Source of the DNA: Candidatus Zixiibacteriota bacterium
GTDB lineage: Bacteria; RBG-13-66-14; B26-G2; WVWN01
Assembly (NCBI GenBank): GCA_050117845.1
Contig: JASFLY010000004.1
Coordinates: 1-64,000 of the forward strand
Direction: 5' to 3'
DNA length: 64,000 bases
Part shown: positions 19,694 to 28,766 of the stretch, in pieces
How positions within the stretch are numbered: position 1 is the stretch's first letter
Layout: every line of letters begins with the position of its first letter
Notes under the pieces: generated by a model
The model's input: the letters and a program-made list of their open reading frames with translations, nothing else
Databases searched by the model: none
Told to the model about the DNA's origin: nothing
Made by a program: the position numbers and the translations under genes

Positions 19694-19985
19694 AACGCCC
19701 GTAAATTTCTCATTTTCCGACGTCGCCGGCAACGTTATGCGTCCGGCGGCCGCGTCCGATTCACCCCGGCCCTTGGCATATCCCCGGCGCCAAACGCAAC
19801 GTCCCGGCCGGATTTTTTAGATTAAACCGTAACGCCGGCCCCCGGGTCCCTACTAATGTTACGAATCCGAACGTTTTCGTGCTATAATAGATGGTTATCC
19901 ACCCCGGGCCGCGCGCCCACTCCGTTAATTTCAATCCCCAAGGAGGTCGCCGTTATGCCACGTTAGTCTCGCCCGGAGGCCTTAT

Positions 19986-20630
19986 ATGGCAGCGGACGAT
20001 TCTAAATTGGCACTGGCGATTCGCAACGGCGACGAAGAGGCCGCGGCGACGTTTTACGAAGAGTACAGCGGTAAAATTTACCGCATGATGTACTTTTCGG
20101 CTGGTGGCGAGGCGCAGGCTGAGGAACTTACTCAGGCTACGTTCGTCGCCTTCTTGGAGTCCCTCCCCCGATTCCGCGGGGAAGCGCGTCTCTCCACGTG
20201 GCTGTATTCCATCGCCAAGAACGTTCTCCGTAACCACTACTCCCGCAACAAGCGCAAGCGCGAGGTATCGCTGGAGGCGGTCGACGCCGCCGGCGAGATC
20301 CGCTCGTACCTCGACAACCAGGCCGCCGACGAGGACCCCCCGGAGGAACTAGTCTCCCGGTCCGAGACCGCCGACGCCGTGCGCGAGGTCCTCTCCCGAT
20401 TGGCCCCCACCTACCGGGAAATCCTGACGCTGCGCTACTTCGACGGCCTTTCCAACGCCGACGTGGCCGCCGCCCTCGGCAAGACCGAGAGCAACGTCCG
20501 CGTTCTCCTTCACCGGGCGTCCAACGCCTTCGCCCGGGAACTCCGTAAAATGGAAGCGCGCGCCGGCGGCACGCTGGCCGACCGGCCCGAGGGCAACGGC
20601 TCAAAAAGAAACGGCGCGGCCTCCGCGTAG
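19986..20630 (+). CDS. ECF-type RNA polymerase sigma factor
   Basis: Region 2 (AEELTQATF..FRGEARLSTWLYSIAKN) and region 4 HTH (LRYFDGLSNADVA..VRVLLHRA). Confidence 0.9.
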   Translation: MAADDSKLALAIRNGDEEAAATFYEEYSGKIYRMMYFSAGGEAQAEELTQATFVAFLESLPRFRGEARLSTWLYSIAKNVLRNHYSRNKRKREVSLEAVDAAGEIRSYLDNQAADEDPPEELVSRSETADAVREVLSRLAPTYREILTLRYFDGLSNADVAAALGKTESNVRVLLHRASNAFARELRKMEARAGGTLADRPEGNGSKRNGAASA

Positions 20631-20694
20631 TTTTCTCCCTGACGACCCACTTCAACTTAATCGCCGGATAAGGTTGAAATTATTGGATTTTGCC

Positions 20695-20723
20695 TTGACG
20701 CTAAGGTGAAATTCAGTTAAAGT
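20695..20723 (+). promoter_or_regulatory. Sigma70-type promoter
   Basis: TTGACG-N17-TAAAGT. Confidence 0.5.
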
Positions 20724-20789
20724 ATATAGTGGCAGAGTGTTGAAAGTAAGAGAATAAAATTACCCAGGCGATTCGCCCGGAGGTAAGAT

Positions 20790-22385
20790 ATGGGAGAAAA
20801 GGTATTACGTACCCTATTCGTAGTGGCCGCCGTCGCCATTTGCGTCGCGGCGACCCCTGCCAAACGCGCCGTGCCCGGTGACGTCTCGGCCCCCGTCGGA
20901 AAAACGCCGGGCTCCGTCGTCTCCGCGCCGCGCGGGTCCGTAACCCCGGGCGGCACCGACGTTAATAATTATTTCCGGGCGAGAGGCGAGAACTGCTATC
21001 TCGTTTTTTCGAACTTCGGCCTTTTCGGCTGTCACACCTTCCAGGAAGACTACGGATTCCATTTCAACGTGGGCACCTACAACCCCCCCGAGAAATACTC
21101 CGGCCTCTATTCCTGGACCGAAGCGCCGACGCTCCCCAGCTATAACGACTACGTCGAGTCGGTTACCTCTCTGCCCGTCTGGCTCCAGCTGCCGTCGTCC
21201 GGGAATCTGACCGTCAGGTACCGGGCGAAGTGGGATATCGAGGAAGACTTCGACGGCGTCGAGCTGGTAATCTCGACCATCGGGAATCCGACCAAGCAGG
21301 ACAACCTCCATCCCACCAGCGCCGTCCTCGGGTCGGGCCAGATAGGCCAGCCCAGCACGAGCCGCTATTACTACGAGGGCGAGACGAGCCAGTGGATGCT
21401 GGAGGAGGCGGACATCAACGCGTACCTGGGCAAACAGGTGAAGATCCGCTTCTACTTCCGCAGCGATACGTCGAATTACAATCCGCACCACGGCATTTAT
21501 ATCGACGAGTTCCAGATATTGCAGGATACTACTGTTCTTTACGAGAACGGCTTCGAGAATAAATCGACGGACGCCTGGGACAGCGACGTCGTGCAAGGGA
21601 ATCCCCAGGAAGACGGCTGGGGCTTCAGCGAATCCCTGCCCGCCGAAATAAACCTGTTGAACAACGGCCAGTTCATGGCGGGGGCGTCGGCCTCGTACGT
21701 CGCCGACGCGTTCACCCCCGACTGGCTCCCGACGTCGAACGGTACGACGAACTACGTGCGGTACTCCAACGCCGGGACCCGGCAACCTTCCGATCCGGAA
21801 TATCGGGTCGACCAGTACATTTACCCGTATAGCGATTACGTAATCGTGGATTGCTACGTTAAAAACGGGAAACCCGAAGCCCAGAGCAATATCTACGGCG
21901 GCGTCCGTATGAACGTCGACATCCGCCACAACGACTACGAGCGCGACGACGACGAACGGGTCATTTATAAAAGCGCGCAGCGCATGGCCATGTTCTACGA
22001 CGACGGCCAACTCGACCAGCCCGTCTGCGGCGTCATGTACCTGGCCGCGGGGAACGCTTCCCCGACCTCGGTCAATTTCACCAACGTCATGGACGAGTGG
22101 ATGTTGGACGGGACTAACTTCAATTATATGAGTAACGGCGAACTCGATTACGCCGATTCGGCGTCGGCCGTGAACAGGTGGGCCGTGGTCATCGGCGAGG
22201 GGCCGCATCAGCTTAATATGAGCGAAACCTTCCGTTTCGCCTTCGCCATTCTGGGCGGCGACGACGAAAGCGACCTTTTGGCCAACGCCACCGCGTGCCG
22301 CAACACCTTCGCGACGCTGCCGGACAAGACGCCCATATCGGTAGCTCCGACCTCCTTCGGCAACATCAAGGCGATGTTCCGTTAG
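20790..22385 (+). CDS. Secreted protein with immune-inhibitor-A/MAM-like beta-sandwich and C-terminal VAPTSFGNIKAMFR motif
   Basis: Signal peptide; WDIEEDFDG..DINAYLGKQVKIRFYFRSD..GIYIDEF; RBS ggagg. Confidence 0.75.
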   Translation: MGEKVLRTLFVVAAVAICVAATPAKRAVPGDVSAPVGKTPGSVVSAPRGSVTPGGTDVNNYFRARGENCYLVFSNFGLFGCHTFQEDYGFHFNVGTYNPPEKYSGLYSWTEAPTLPSYNDYVESVTSLPVWLQLPSSGNLTVRYRAKWDIEEDFDGVELVISTIGNPTKQDNLHPTSAVLGSGQIGQPSTSRYYYEGETSQWMLEEADINAYLGKQVKIRFYFRSDTSNYNPHHGIYIDEFQILQDTTVLYENGFENKSTDAWDSDVVQGNPQEDGWGFSESLPAEINLLNNGQFMAGASASYVADAFTPDWLPTSNGTTNYVRYSNAGTRQPSDPEYRVDQYIYPYSDYVIVDCYVKNGKPEAQSNIYGGVRMNVDIRHNDYERDDDERVIYKSAQRMAMFYDDGQLDQPVCGVMYLAAGNASPTSVNFTNVMDEWMLDGTNFNYMSNGELDYADSASAVNRWAVVIGEGPHQLNMSETFRFAFAILGGDDESDLLANATACRNTFATLPDKTPISVAPTSFGNIKAMFR

Positions 22386-22408
22386 GCCGACTATTACCCG
22401 AAATAACG

Positions 22409-22434
22409 AGGGCCGCCCGCGGGCGGCCCTTTTT
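22409..22434 (+). terminator. Intrinsic terminator between convergent genes
   Basis: agggccgccc-gc-gggcggccct followed by TTTT. Confidence 0.75.
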
Positions 22435-22455
22435 CGTCTCTACGTTGCGGCGCCG

Positions 22456-23649
22456 TCAGCGCCGGTAATGTTTGAGTACCTTGTCCACCGCGGCCGCGAC
22501 GTCCGCCGCGTCGCCGTCCTCCATCGCGGCGAAGAGCGGCAGCGTCAGCGTGCGCGCGAAGATCTCCTCCGCCCGGGGGAAGTCGCCCGGCGCGTAGCCG
22601 AAGGCCTCCCGGTAGAACGTGTGATAGTGGAGCGGGATGTAGTGGACGTTGACGCCTATGTTCTCCGCCCGCAGGGCCCGGAAGACCTCGTCCCGGTCCG
22701 CCGTGAGAACTTCCAATTTGAGTTTAATAATATACAGGTGGCGGCCGTGCCGGACGTGTTCCGGCGTGGCGATTATGTCCAGATCGTCGCGGCCCGCGAG
22801 CGTCTCGTCGTAGAATGCGGCCAGCGTCTGGCGCCGGCCGTCGTCGGCGTCGAAACGGCCCAGCTGCGAGAGTACCAGCGCCGCGTTGAGGTCGGGCAGA
22901 CGGTAGTTGTAGCCCAGGTCCACCACGTCGTAGCGGTATCCCGCCCCGGCGCCGTGGCGGTCGCCGGCGCTCGTCGTCAGGCAGTGGTTGCGGTACAGCC
23001 GGGCCCGGGAGGCCACGCCGCCGTCGTCGGTCGTAAGCGCGCCGCCCTCGCCGGCGGCTATCTGCTTCACGGCGTGGAAGGAGTAGCAGCCGGCGTGGCC
23101 GACGCCCCCCAGCGGCCGGCCGCGGTACTCCGCTCCCGGCGCGTGGGCCGAGTCCTGTACGAGCGCCAGGCCGTGGGCCTCGCAAACCTCTTCCACCGCC
23201 GCCATGTCGGCCGGCAGGCCTCCCATGTGGACGACGGCCACGGCCCTCGTTTTGCCGGTAACGCGCCGGGCCACGTCCGCCGGGTCGACGTTCAGGTCGT
23301 CGCCCACGTCGGCGATGACCGGCTTCCCGCCGGCCGCGACGGCCGCCGCGGCCGTGGCCGAGAACGTTATCGCCGGTACTATTACCTCGTCGCCGGCCCC
23401 CAGCGGCACCGTGCGGTAGGCCAGGTGCAGCGCCGCGGTGCAGCTCGAGACCGCCACCGCCTCCGCCGCGCCGGTGAAGGCCGCGAACTCCTCCTCCAGC
23501 CGGCCTATCGTCGGGCCGGTCGTCAGCCACCCCGAGCGCAGGACCTCCTCCGCCGCCCGTACGTCATCCTCGAGCAGGACCGGCCGGGAGTAGGGGAGGA
23601 ACTCGGCGCGCACCGGCGCGCCGCCGTCGAGCGCGAGTTTATCCGCCAT
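22456..23649 (-). CDS. DegT/DnrJ/EryC1/StrS PLP-dependent sugar aminotransferase (PseC-like)
   Basis: SGWLTTGP, SSCTAALH, QDSAHA, SFHAVKQI..GEGG, LGYNYR, VHYIPLH. Confidence 0.9.
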   Translation of the reverse strand: MADKLALDGGAPVRAEFLPYSRPVLLEDDVRAAEEVLRSGWLTTGPTIGRLEEEFAAFTGAAEAVAVSSCTAALHLAYRTVPLGAGDEVIVPAITFSATAAAAVAAGGKPVIADVGDDLNVDPADVARRVTGKTRAVAVVHMGGLPADMAAVEEVCEAHGLALVQDSAHAPGAEYRGRPLGGVGHAGCYSFHAVKQIAAGEGGALTTDDGGVASRARLYRNHCLTTSAGDRHGAGAGYRYDVVDLGYNYRLPDLNAALVLSQLGRFDADDGRRQTLAAFYDETLAGRDDLDIIATPEHVRHGRHLYIIKLKLEVLTADRDEVFRALRAENIGVNVHYIPLHYHTFYREAFGYAPGDFPRAEEIFARTLTLPLFAAMEDGDAADVAAAVDKVLKHYRR

Positions 23650-23664
23650 TTCTTACCGCCTTAA

Positions 23665-25998
23665 TCATTTGTCGCCGAGGCGGGCGACGGTTACGCCCTC
23701 GTTGCCGCCGGGCCCCGGGCCGTACGAGGCCACGGCGGGGTGGTCGCGCAGGAACTGTCGGACCCCCTCGCGGAGCCGGCCGGTCCCGTGGCCGTGGATT
23801 ATCTCGACGCTGCCGAGCCGCGCCACCAGCGCCCGGTCGAGGTAGCGGGAGAGCTCCAGCACCGCGTCCTCCACCGTGAAGCCGATGAGGTTGAGCGAGG
23901 GCGAGACGTCGCCGTCCGCCTCCACGCGGGTCTTGCCCCGGGACGGTTTGCCGGCCGCCGGCCGGAGGTCGTCCAGGTCCACCCAGGCCTCGACGCCGCC
24001 GAATAGCACGCGGGCCCGGCCCCGTTCCTCGTCCACCTCCGCCACGCGGCCTTTCGTCGCCGTCCCGCGCACCGTTATCCAGCCGCCTTCGACGATGGCG
24101 ACGTTCCCTTCCGCGGGGCCTTCGACGATTTCGGCCAGCCGGTCCCGACCCTCGACGGCGGCCTTCTCCGCCTCCAGCAGTTTGCGGCGCTGCTCTTCGG
24201 CCGCGGCCACGTCCGCCTGTTCGCGCAGCTCCCGGATGATGACGTTGGCCTGTTGCCGGGCTTCCCGGATTATCTTGGCCGCCTCGTCGTACGCGTCCTG
24301 CTTCAACTTGGCGGTATGGGTGTCGTAGGTTCGGCGCTCCCCTTCCAGCGCCGCGAGTTTGGCCTCGTATTCGGCGCGGAGGACCGAGAGTTCGCCCGTC
24401 CGTTCGGCCGCCTCGGCCTCGCGCTCTTCCATCCGGGCGATGAGGCCCGCGAGCGAGACCTCCTCCTCGCCCAGGCCCTCGCGCACCGCGGCCACGAGGT
24501 CCGCCGCGAAGCCCAACCGCTCCAGGATGGCCAGCGCCTCGCTCGCCCCCGGCCGGCCCGTCTTCAGCTCGTAATTGGGCTCGAGCGTGACGGGGTCGGA
24601 GTCGACCGCCGCGTTGACGAAGCCTTCCTCCTCCAGCGCGAACTGCTTGAGTTCGTCGTAGTGGGTGGTGCACGCCACCCGCGTGCCTCGGTCCCGCAGC
24701 TCCCGCAGGACCGCCGCCGCGATGGCCGCGCCGTACTTGGGCGAGGTCCCCACGCCCACCTCGTCCAGCAGGACCAGCGAGCGCTCGTCCGCCGCCCCGA
24801 GGAATTTGCCGATGTTGGTCATGTGGGACGTGAAGGTGCTCAGGTTCCCCTCGATGGACGACTCGTCGCCGATGTCGGCGAAGATGCGGGTGAAGCGTCC
24901 CACCTCGCTGCCCGAAGAGGCGGGGACCGGGACGCCCGCCAGCGCCATCGCCGCGAGCAGGCCCGCGGTCTTGAGGGCCACGGTCTTGCCGCCGTTGTTG
25001 GGGCCGGAGATGACCATGCCGACGTAACCGTCGCCCAGCGCCACGTCTATCGGCACGACCTTCTCGACCTCGCGGGAGGTGAGGAGCAAGGGGTGCCGCG
25101 CCTTGATGAAAGTCAGGCGAGGCTCGTCGATTATCTCCGGCGTCGCGGCCCGGTACATCAGGCCGTAGCCCGCCCGGGCGGCGATGAAGTCCAGTTCGGA
25201 GAGCAGTTCGACGTCGGTGGCCAGCGCGTCGCCCTCCCGGGCGGCGTGGGCCGAGAGGGCCCGGAGGATCCGTTCCACCTCCGCCGCTTCCTCGGCCGTG
25301 AGGCCCTCGAGCTGGTTGTTGAGTTCGACCACGGCCATGGGCTCGACGAAGGCCGTGACGCCGCTGCCGGAGTGGGCGTGGACGATGCCGCGCACCGCGC
25401 TCATGGAGTCGGTGCGGACCGGCAGGACGTAACGGCCGCCCCGCTGCGTCACGATGGGCTCGCGCAGCGCCTTCTTGACCTTCGCGGAGTTCAGCATCCG
25501 CTCGAGCGAGGCCTGGATCTCGTCGCGTTTGGCGGCCAGCTGGCGGCGGATGCGCGAGAGTCCGGGCGTCGCGTCGTCGCGGACCAGGCCGTCGTCGTCT
25601 ATCTGCCGGGTTACGTCGTCGGCCAGCTCGCCCAGGGGCTCCAGGGCCGCGGCGTATACGCCGAGCGCCGGGTAGTCGTCGCCCCGGCCGAAGGCCCGCT
25701 TCGCCCGCATCGCCGCTCGCAGGAAGTCGCGCAGGGCGATCAGGTCGCCGCCGGTCAGGACGCCGTCGAGCTCGAGGCGCCTTAGCAGCGGCCGGACGTC
25801 GGAGAGGCCGGAAAGCGGAATATCGCCGGCGGCGGCGTAGGCCATCATCTCCGCGGCCTCGGCCTGACGCGTACGGGCCGACGCGGCGTCGGGCGCCATG
25901 GCCCGGACGAGGTCGGCGCCGAGCGGCGAAAAGGCGTAAGCCGCCACGGCCTCGCGGATGCGGTCGAACTCCAGCGCTTTCAGGGAACTCTCGTTCAC
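23665..25998 (-). CDS. mutS2: Endonuclease MutS2
   Basis: LEFDRI N-terminus, ISGPNNGGKT, DIGDE.SI..NLSTF, LLDE, TTHY, Smr domain IHGHGTGRLR; probable GTG start at 25998. Confidence 0.93.
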   Translation of the reverse strand: MNESSLKALEFDRIREAVAAYAFSPLGADLVRAMAPDAASARTRQAEAAEMMAYAAAGDIPLSGLSDVRPLLRRLELDGVLTGGDLIALRDFLRAAMRAKRAFGRGDDYPALGVYAAALEPLGELADDVTRQIDDDGLVRDDATPGLSRIRRQLAAKRDEIQASLERMLNSAKVKKALREPIVTQRGGRYVLPVRTDSMSAVRGIVHAHSGSGVTAFVEPMAVVELNNQLEGLTAEEAAEVERILRALSAHAAREGDALATDVELLSELDFIAARAGYGLMYRAATPEIIDEPRLTFIKARHPLLLTSREVEKVVPIDVALGDGYVGMVISGPNNGGKTVALKTAGLLAAMALAGVPVPASSGSEVGRFTRIFADIGDESSIEGNLSTFTSHMTNIGKFLGAADERSLVLLDEVGVGTSPKYGAAIAAAVLRELRDRGTRVACTTHYDELKQFALEEEGFVNAAVDSDPVTLEPNYELKTGRPGASEALAILERLGFAADLVAAVREGLGEEEVSLAGLIARMEEREAEAAERTGELSVLRAEYEAKLAALEGERRTYDTHTAKLKQDAYDEAAKIIREARQQANVIIRELREQADVAAAEEQRRKLLEAEKAAVEGRDRLAEIVEGPAEGNVAIVEGGWITVRGTATKGRVAEVDEERGRARVLFGGVEAWVDLDDLRPAAGKPSRGKTRVEADGDVSPSLNLIGFTVEDAVLELSRYLDRALVARLGSVEIIHGHGTGRLREGVRQFLRDHPAVASYGPGPGGNEGVTVARLGDK

Positions 25999-26217
25999 GG
26001 CGGGAAGTATATCACAAGAGAAAGGGAGGGCAAAACGCAAACTCCCCGGCCTCGCGGCGGCGGGGGGCGGCATTAGGCGTTGCGGCTCAAGGCTTTACGG
26101 CGGCCGGGAGCGGCCGGGAACCACGGGTCCGAGGGGGCGGGAAATTCGGGCGCAATTTTTTTCATTGCGTAATAGTCTGATATTATTGTATTTACGAGAC
26201 ACTGTGATTTTTTTCAC

Positions 26218-26245
26218 TTGACATGAAAACGCCTTTTCGTATAAT
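26218..26245 (+). promoter_or_regulatory. Consensus sigma70 promoter of the porin-pst operon
   Basis: TTGACA-N16-TATAAT. Confidence 0.75.
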
Positions 26246-26249
26246 GCCG

Positions 26250-26502
26250 CCGAAACACGCACGACCCCATGATAATGTATCGACGACGAAAATGTAAGCG
26301 TGCCGCCAAGGCCCTTAAAACTTCTTCGAGAAGTAAGGGCTTTTATTTTTAAATTTTATTTGACCCGCTTTGCGGGTCATTTTTTTTGCCTGATTACAAA
26401 TAATTAGGCCCGGCGCCGGAAGGAGGTGAGGACCCCGTGGCGCCAGGCCGCATGAGAGTTACTCATAACATACCATAAAAAGTTCAAAGGAGAAATAAAA
26501 AG
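26250..26502 (+). promoter_or_regulatory. Structured 5' leader with two terminator-like hairpins, an SD-containing hairpin and two possible uORFs
   Basis: Hairpin plus T-run at 26311-26350 and 26361-26387; hairpin 26407-26449 with AGGAGGTGAGGA in its loop. Confidence 0.55.
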
Positions 26503-27642
26503 ATGAGTAAGGCCAACCTGCTTATCTGTGCTATACTGGCGGCGGCGCTTGCGGCTTCGGTCGCGGGGGCGGATTCGTTCAAGGCCCCGGCGCTGTCGGG
26601 AACGGTGTTCGCGCACCTGGGTTACGACCTCACCAGCTACGACGACGCCGACCAGGAAGGCGCGTGGGCGTTCGACGTTCCGCGCGTGTACGTGAACGTG
26701 AAGGGCGCGGTAACCGAGAAACTGCACTACCGCGTAACGGCCGACATAGGCCGCGAGAAGTACAGTTACTACACCTACGACCTCGTCTACAACGAGGAAA
26801 CCGGCCTGTACGAGCTGGAAGAGACCAAGCATACCAAGAACGGCAAACTCGACTTCTACGCCAAGTACGCCTACTTCGAAGTGAAGGACGTAATCACCGA
26901 CCACAAGATAATCGGTGGTATCGAGAAGACGCCGTGGATCGACAACGAGCAGGGCATCTGGGGCTGGCGCGTGGTGCGCAAAGTGGCCGTGGACGACCGG
27001 AAGTACGACAACTCGGCCGACCTGGGTATCGGCCTCTCGGGTAAAATCGGCGGCGGCATCGTGGAGCACCACCTCACCTTCACCAACGGCGCCGGCTACA
27101 AGGGCCTCGAAAACGGCCTCTCGGGCAAGGCGGCGGCCTACCGGCTGTCGCTGTTCCCCCTGGTGAACAACGAGGACCTCAGCGGCCTTTCGGTTAACGC
27201 GTTCGTCAAGGCCGACAACCTGGGCGAGAAGGTGCCGGAAGGCGCCGACGGCAACCCGGTTACGGTCTACGGCGGCCTGTTGGGCCTCGAGCACGAGTTC
27301 ATCAACTTCGGCGCCGGCTACTTCATGAAGTCGGAAGGCGAAGGCGACGCCAAGGTCGACGGCAACGTCATGACGGCCTACGCCTCGGGGCACTTCGCGG
27401 CCTCCGAGGGCATGAGCATTCACCCGCTCGTCCGCTACGACATGTACGAACCCAACACGGACGCCGATGACGACGAGGAAACGCTCATCGTCGGCGGCGT
27501 GGCGTTCAAGTTCTTCGACGGCAATTTCTCTCTCATCCCGAACTACCAGACCGAAGGCTACAAAACCGTCAACGAGACCGGCGGCGTCGAGGATGCCTCC
27601 GAAGACTACTTCTACCTCCACGCCCAGTGGGACTGGAAGTAA
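26503..27642 (+). CDS. Outer-membrane porin, probably phosphate-associated
   Basis: Signal peptide; alternating aromatic beta-strands; C-terminal HAQWDWK; first gene of the pst operon. Confidence 0.75.
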   Translation: MSKANLLICAILAAALAASVAGADSFKAPALSGTVFAHLGYDLTSYDDADQEGAWAFDVPRVYVNVKGAVTEKLHYRVTADIGREKYSYYTYDLVYNEETGLYELEETKHTKNGKLDFYAKYAYFEVKDVITDHKIIGGIEKTPWIDNEQGIWGWRVVRKVAVDDRKYDNSADLGIGLSGKIGGGIVEHHLTFTNGAGYKGLENGLSGKAAAYRLSLFPLVNNEDLSGLSVNAFVKADNLGEKVPEGADGNPVTVYGGLLGLEHEFINFGAGYFMKSEGEGDAKVDGNVMTAYASGHFAASEGMSIHPLVRYDMYEPNTDADDDEETLIVGGVAFKFFDGNFSLIPNYQTEGYKTVNETGGVEDASEDYFYLHAQWDWK

Positions 27643-27691
27643 TTCAGTTTTAGCTATCATTATTCAGTATTAATAATACGAGGAGAAGAAG

Positions 27692-28609
27692 ATGAAAAAA
27701 CTCCACTACATAGCCTTGGCGACGCTCGTCGCGGCGCTGGCGCTCTCCTTCGGCGCGTGCAAGAAGGCCGAAGAGGAGGGCACCGGGGAAACGGCCGCCG
27801 GCGTAAGCGGCACCATGCAGGTGAAGGGTTCCGACACGCTCCTCATGCTCAGCCAGCGTTGGGCGGAGGCCTTCATGGAAGTGAACCCGGAGGCCGTGAT
27901 CCAGGTGACGGGCGGCGGCTCCGGCGTCGGCATCAAGGCCCTCATAGAGGGCACGACCGACGTGGCGAACGCCTCGCGGCCCATAAAGGATAAAGAGAAG
28001 GAAGAGGCGGCCGGCAAGGGTATCGAGGTCGTCGAGATCCCCGTGGCCGTCGACGGCATCTGCTTCATCGTCAACCCGGCCAACCCGGCAACCGAAGCCA
28101 CCATCGACGAACTCGGCGACATCTACCGCGGCAAGACCAAGGACTGGGGCGCGCTGGGCGGCTCGGGCAATATTATGTGCTACGGCCGGCAGTCCACCTC
28201 CGGGACCTACGACTTCGTCAAGAAGAACGTCCTCAACAAGGACGATTACCGCAGCGACATCCAGGAGATGCAGGGCAACTCGCTTCTGTGCGACTCCGTC
28301 GCCAAGGACGAAATGGGCATCGCGTACGTCGGCTACGGCTACGCCGCCAAGCGCGACGACGTGAAGATCCTGGCCGTTAAAAAGGACGCCGACTCCCCGG
28401 CCATCAAGCCCGACAACGCTTCCGTAGGCTCGATGGAGTACCCGGTAAGCCGTTACCTCTTCAACTACGTCAACGGCAAGCCCGACGGCGTCGCCGGCGC
28501 CTTCATCAAGTTCGCCCTCTCCGAAGAAGGCCAGAAGATAGTCGAGGAAGTGGAATACGTCGCCCTCCCGTCCGATACGCTCAGCGAGAGCCGGACGCTG
28601 GTCGAGTAA
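27692..28609 (+). CDS. pstS: Phosphate ABC transporter substrate-binding lipoprotein
   Basis: Lipobox FGAC; KGSDT, GGGSGVG, ANASR, VAVDG, RQSTSGT, YPVSRYL. Confidence 0.93.
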   Translation: MKKLHYIALATLVAALALSFGACKKAEEEGTGETAAGVSGTMQVKGSDTLLMLSQRWAEAFMEVNPEAVIQVTGGGSGVGIKALIEGTTDVANASRPIKDKEKEEAAGKGIEVVEIPVAVDGICFIVNPANPATEATIDELGDIYRGKTKDWGALGGSGNIMCYGRQSTSGTYDFVKKNVLNKDDYRSDIQEMQGNSLLCDSVAKDEMGIAYVGYGYAAKRDDVKILAVKKDADSPAIKPDNASVGSMEYPVSRYLFNYVNGKPDGVAGAFIKFALSEEGQKIVEEVEYVALPSDTLSESRTLVE

Positions 28610-28699
28610 GCGTTCCAAGTACACTTCCATAAATTTGCGCATCATGGGGTACCAAAGCCGGGCAAAGAGTAAGTAAATAAAATTCCTCACCTCCTCCTT

Positions 28700-28732
28700 G
28701 GGTGCCGGGGCGCTTCGGCGTCCCGGCTACCC
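28700..28732 (+). other. Stable UUCG hairpin between pstS and pstC (no U-tract; possible mRNA stabiliser)
   Basis: gggt.gccggggcgc-ttcg-gcgtcccggc.t.accc. Confidence 0.55.
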
Positions 28733-28766
28733 GCCCGGCGAAGACCTCCGGAGATTCTAATAGGCC

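Noticed and set aside
26260..26340. ANTAR dual-hairpin motif or pho box in the pst leader
   Set aside because: I could not form two proper hexaloop stems or find 11-bp-spaced direct repeats.
27650..28690. Minus-strand 346-aa ORF starting at the anti-SD site
   Set aside because: Antisense shadow of pstS; its GTG overlaps the SD-like sequence and the product has no motifs.
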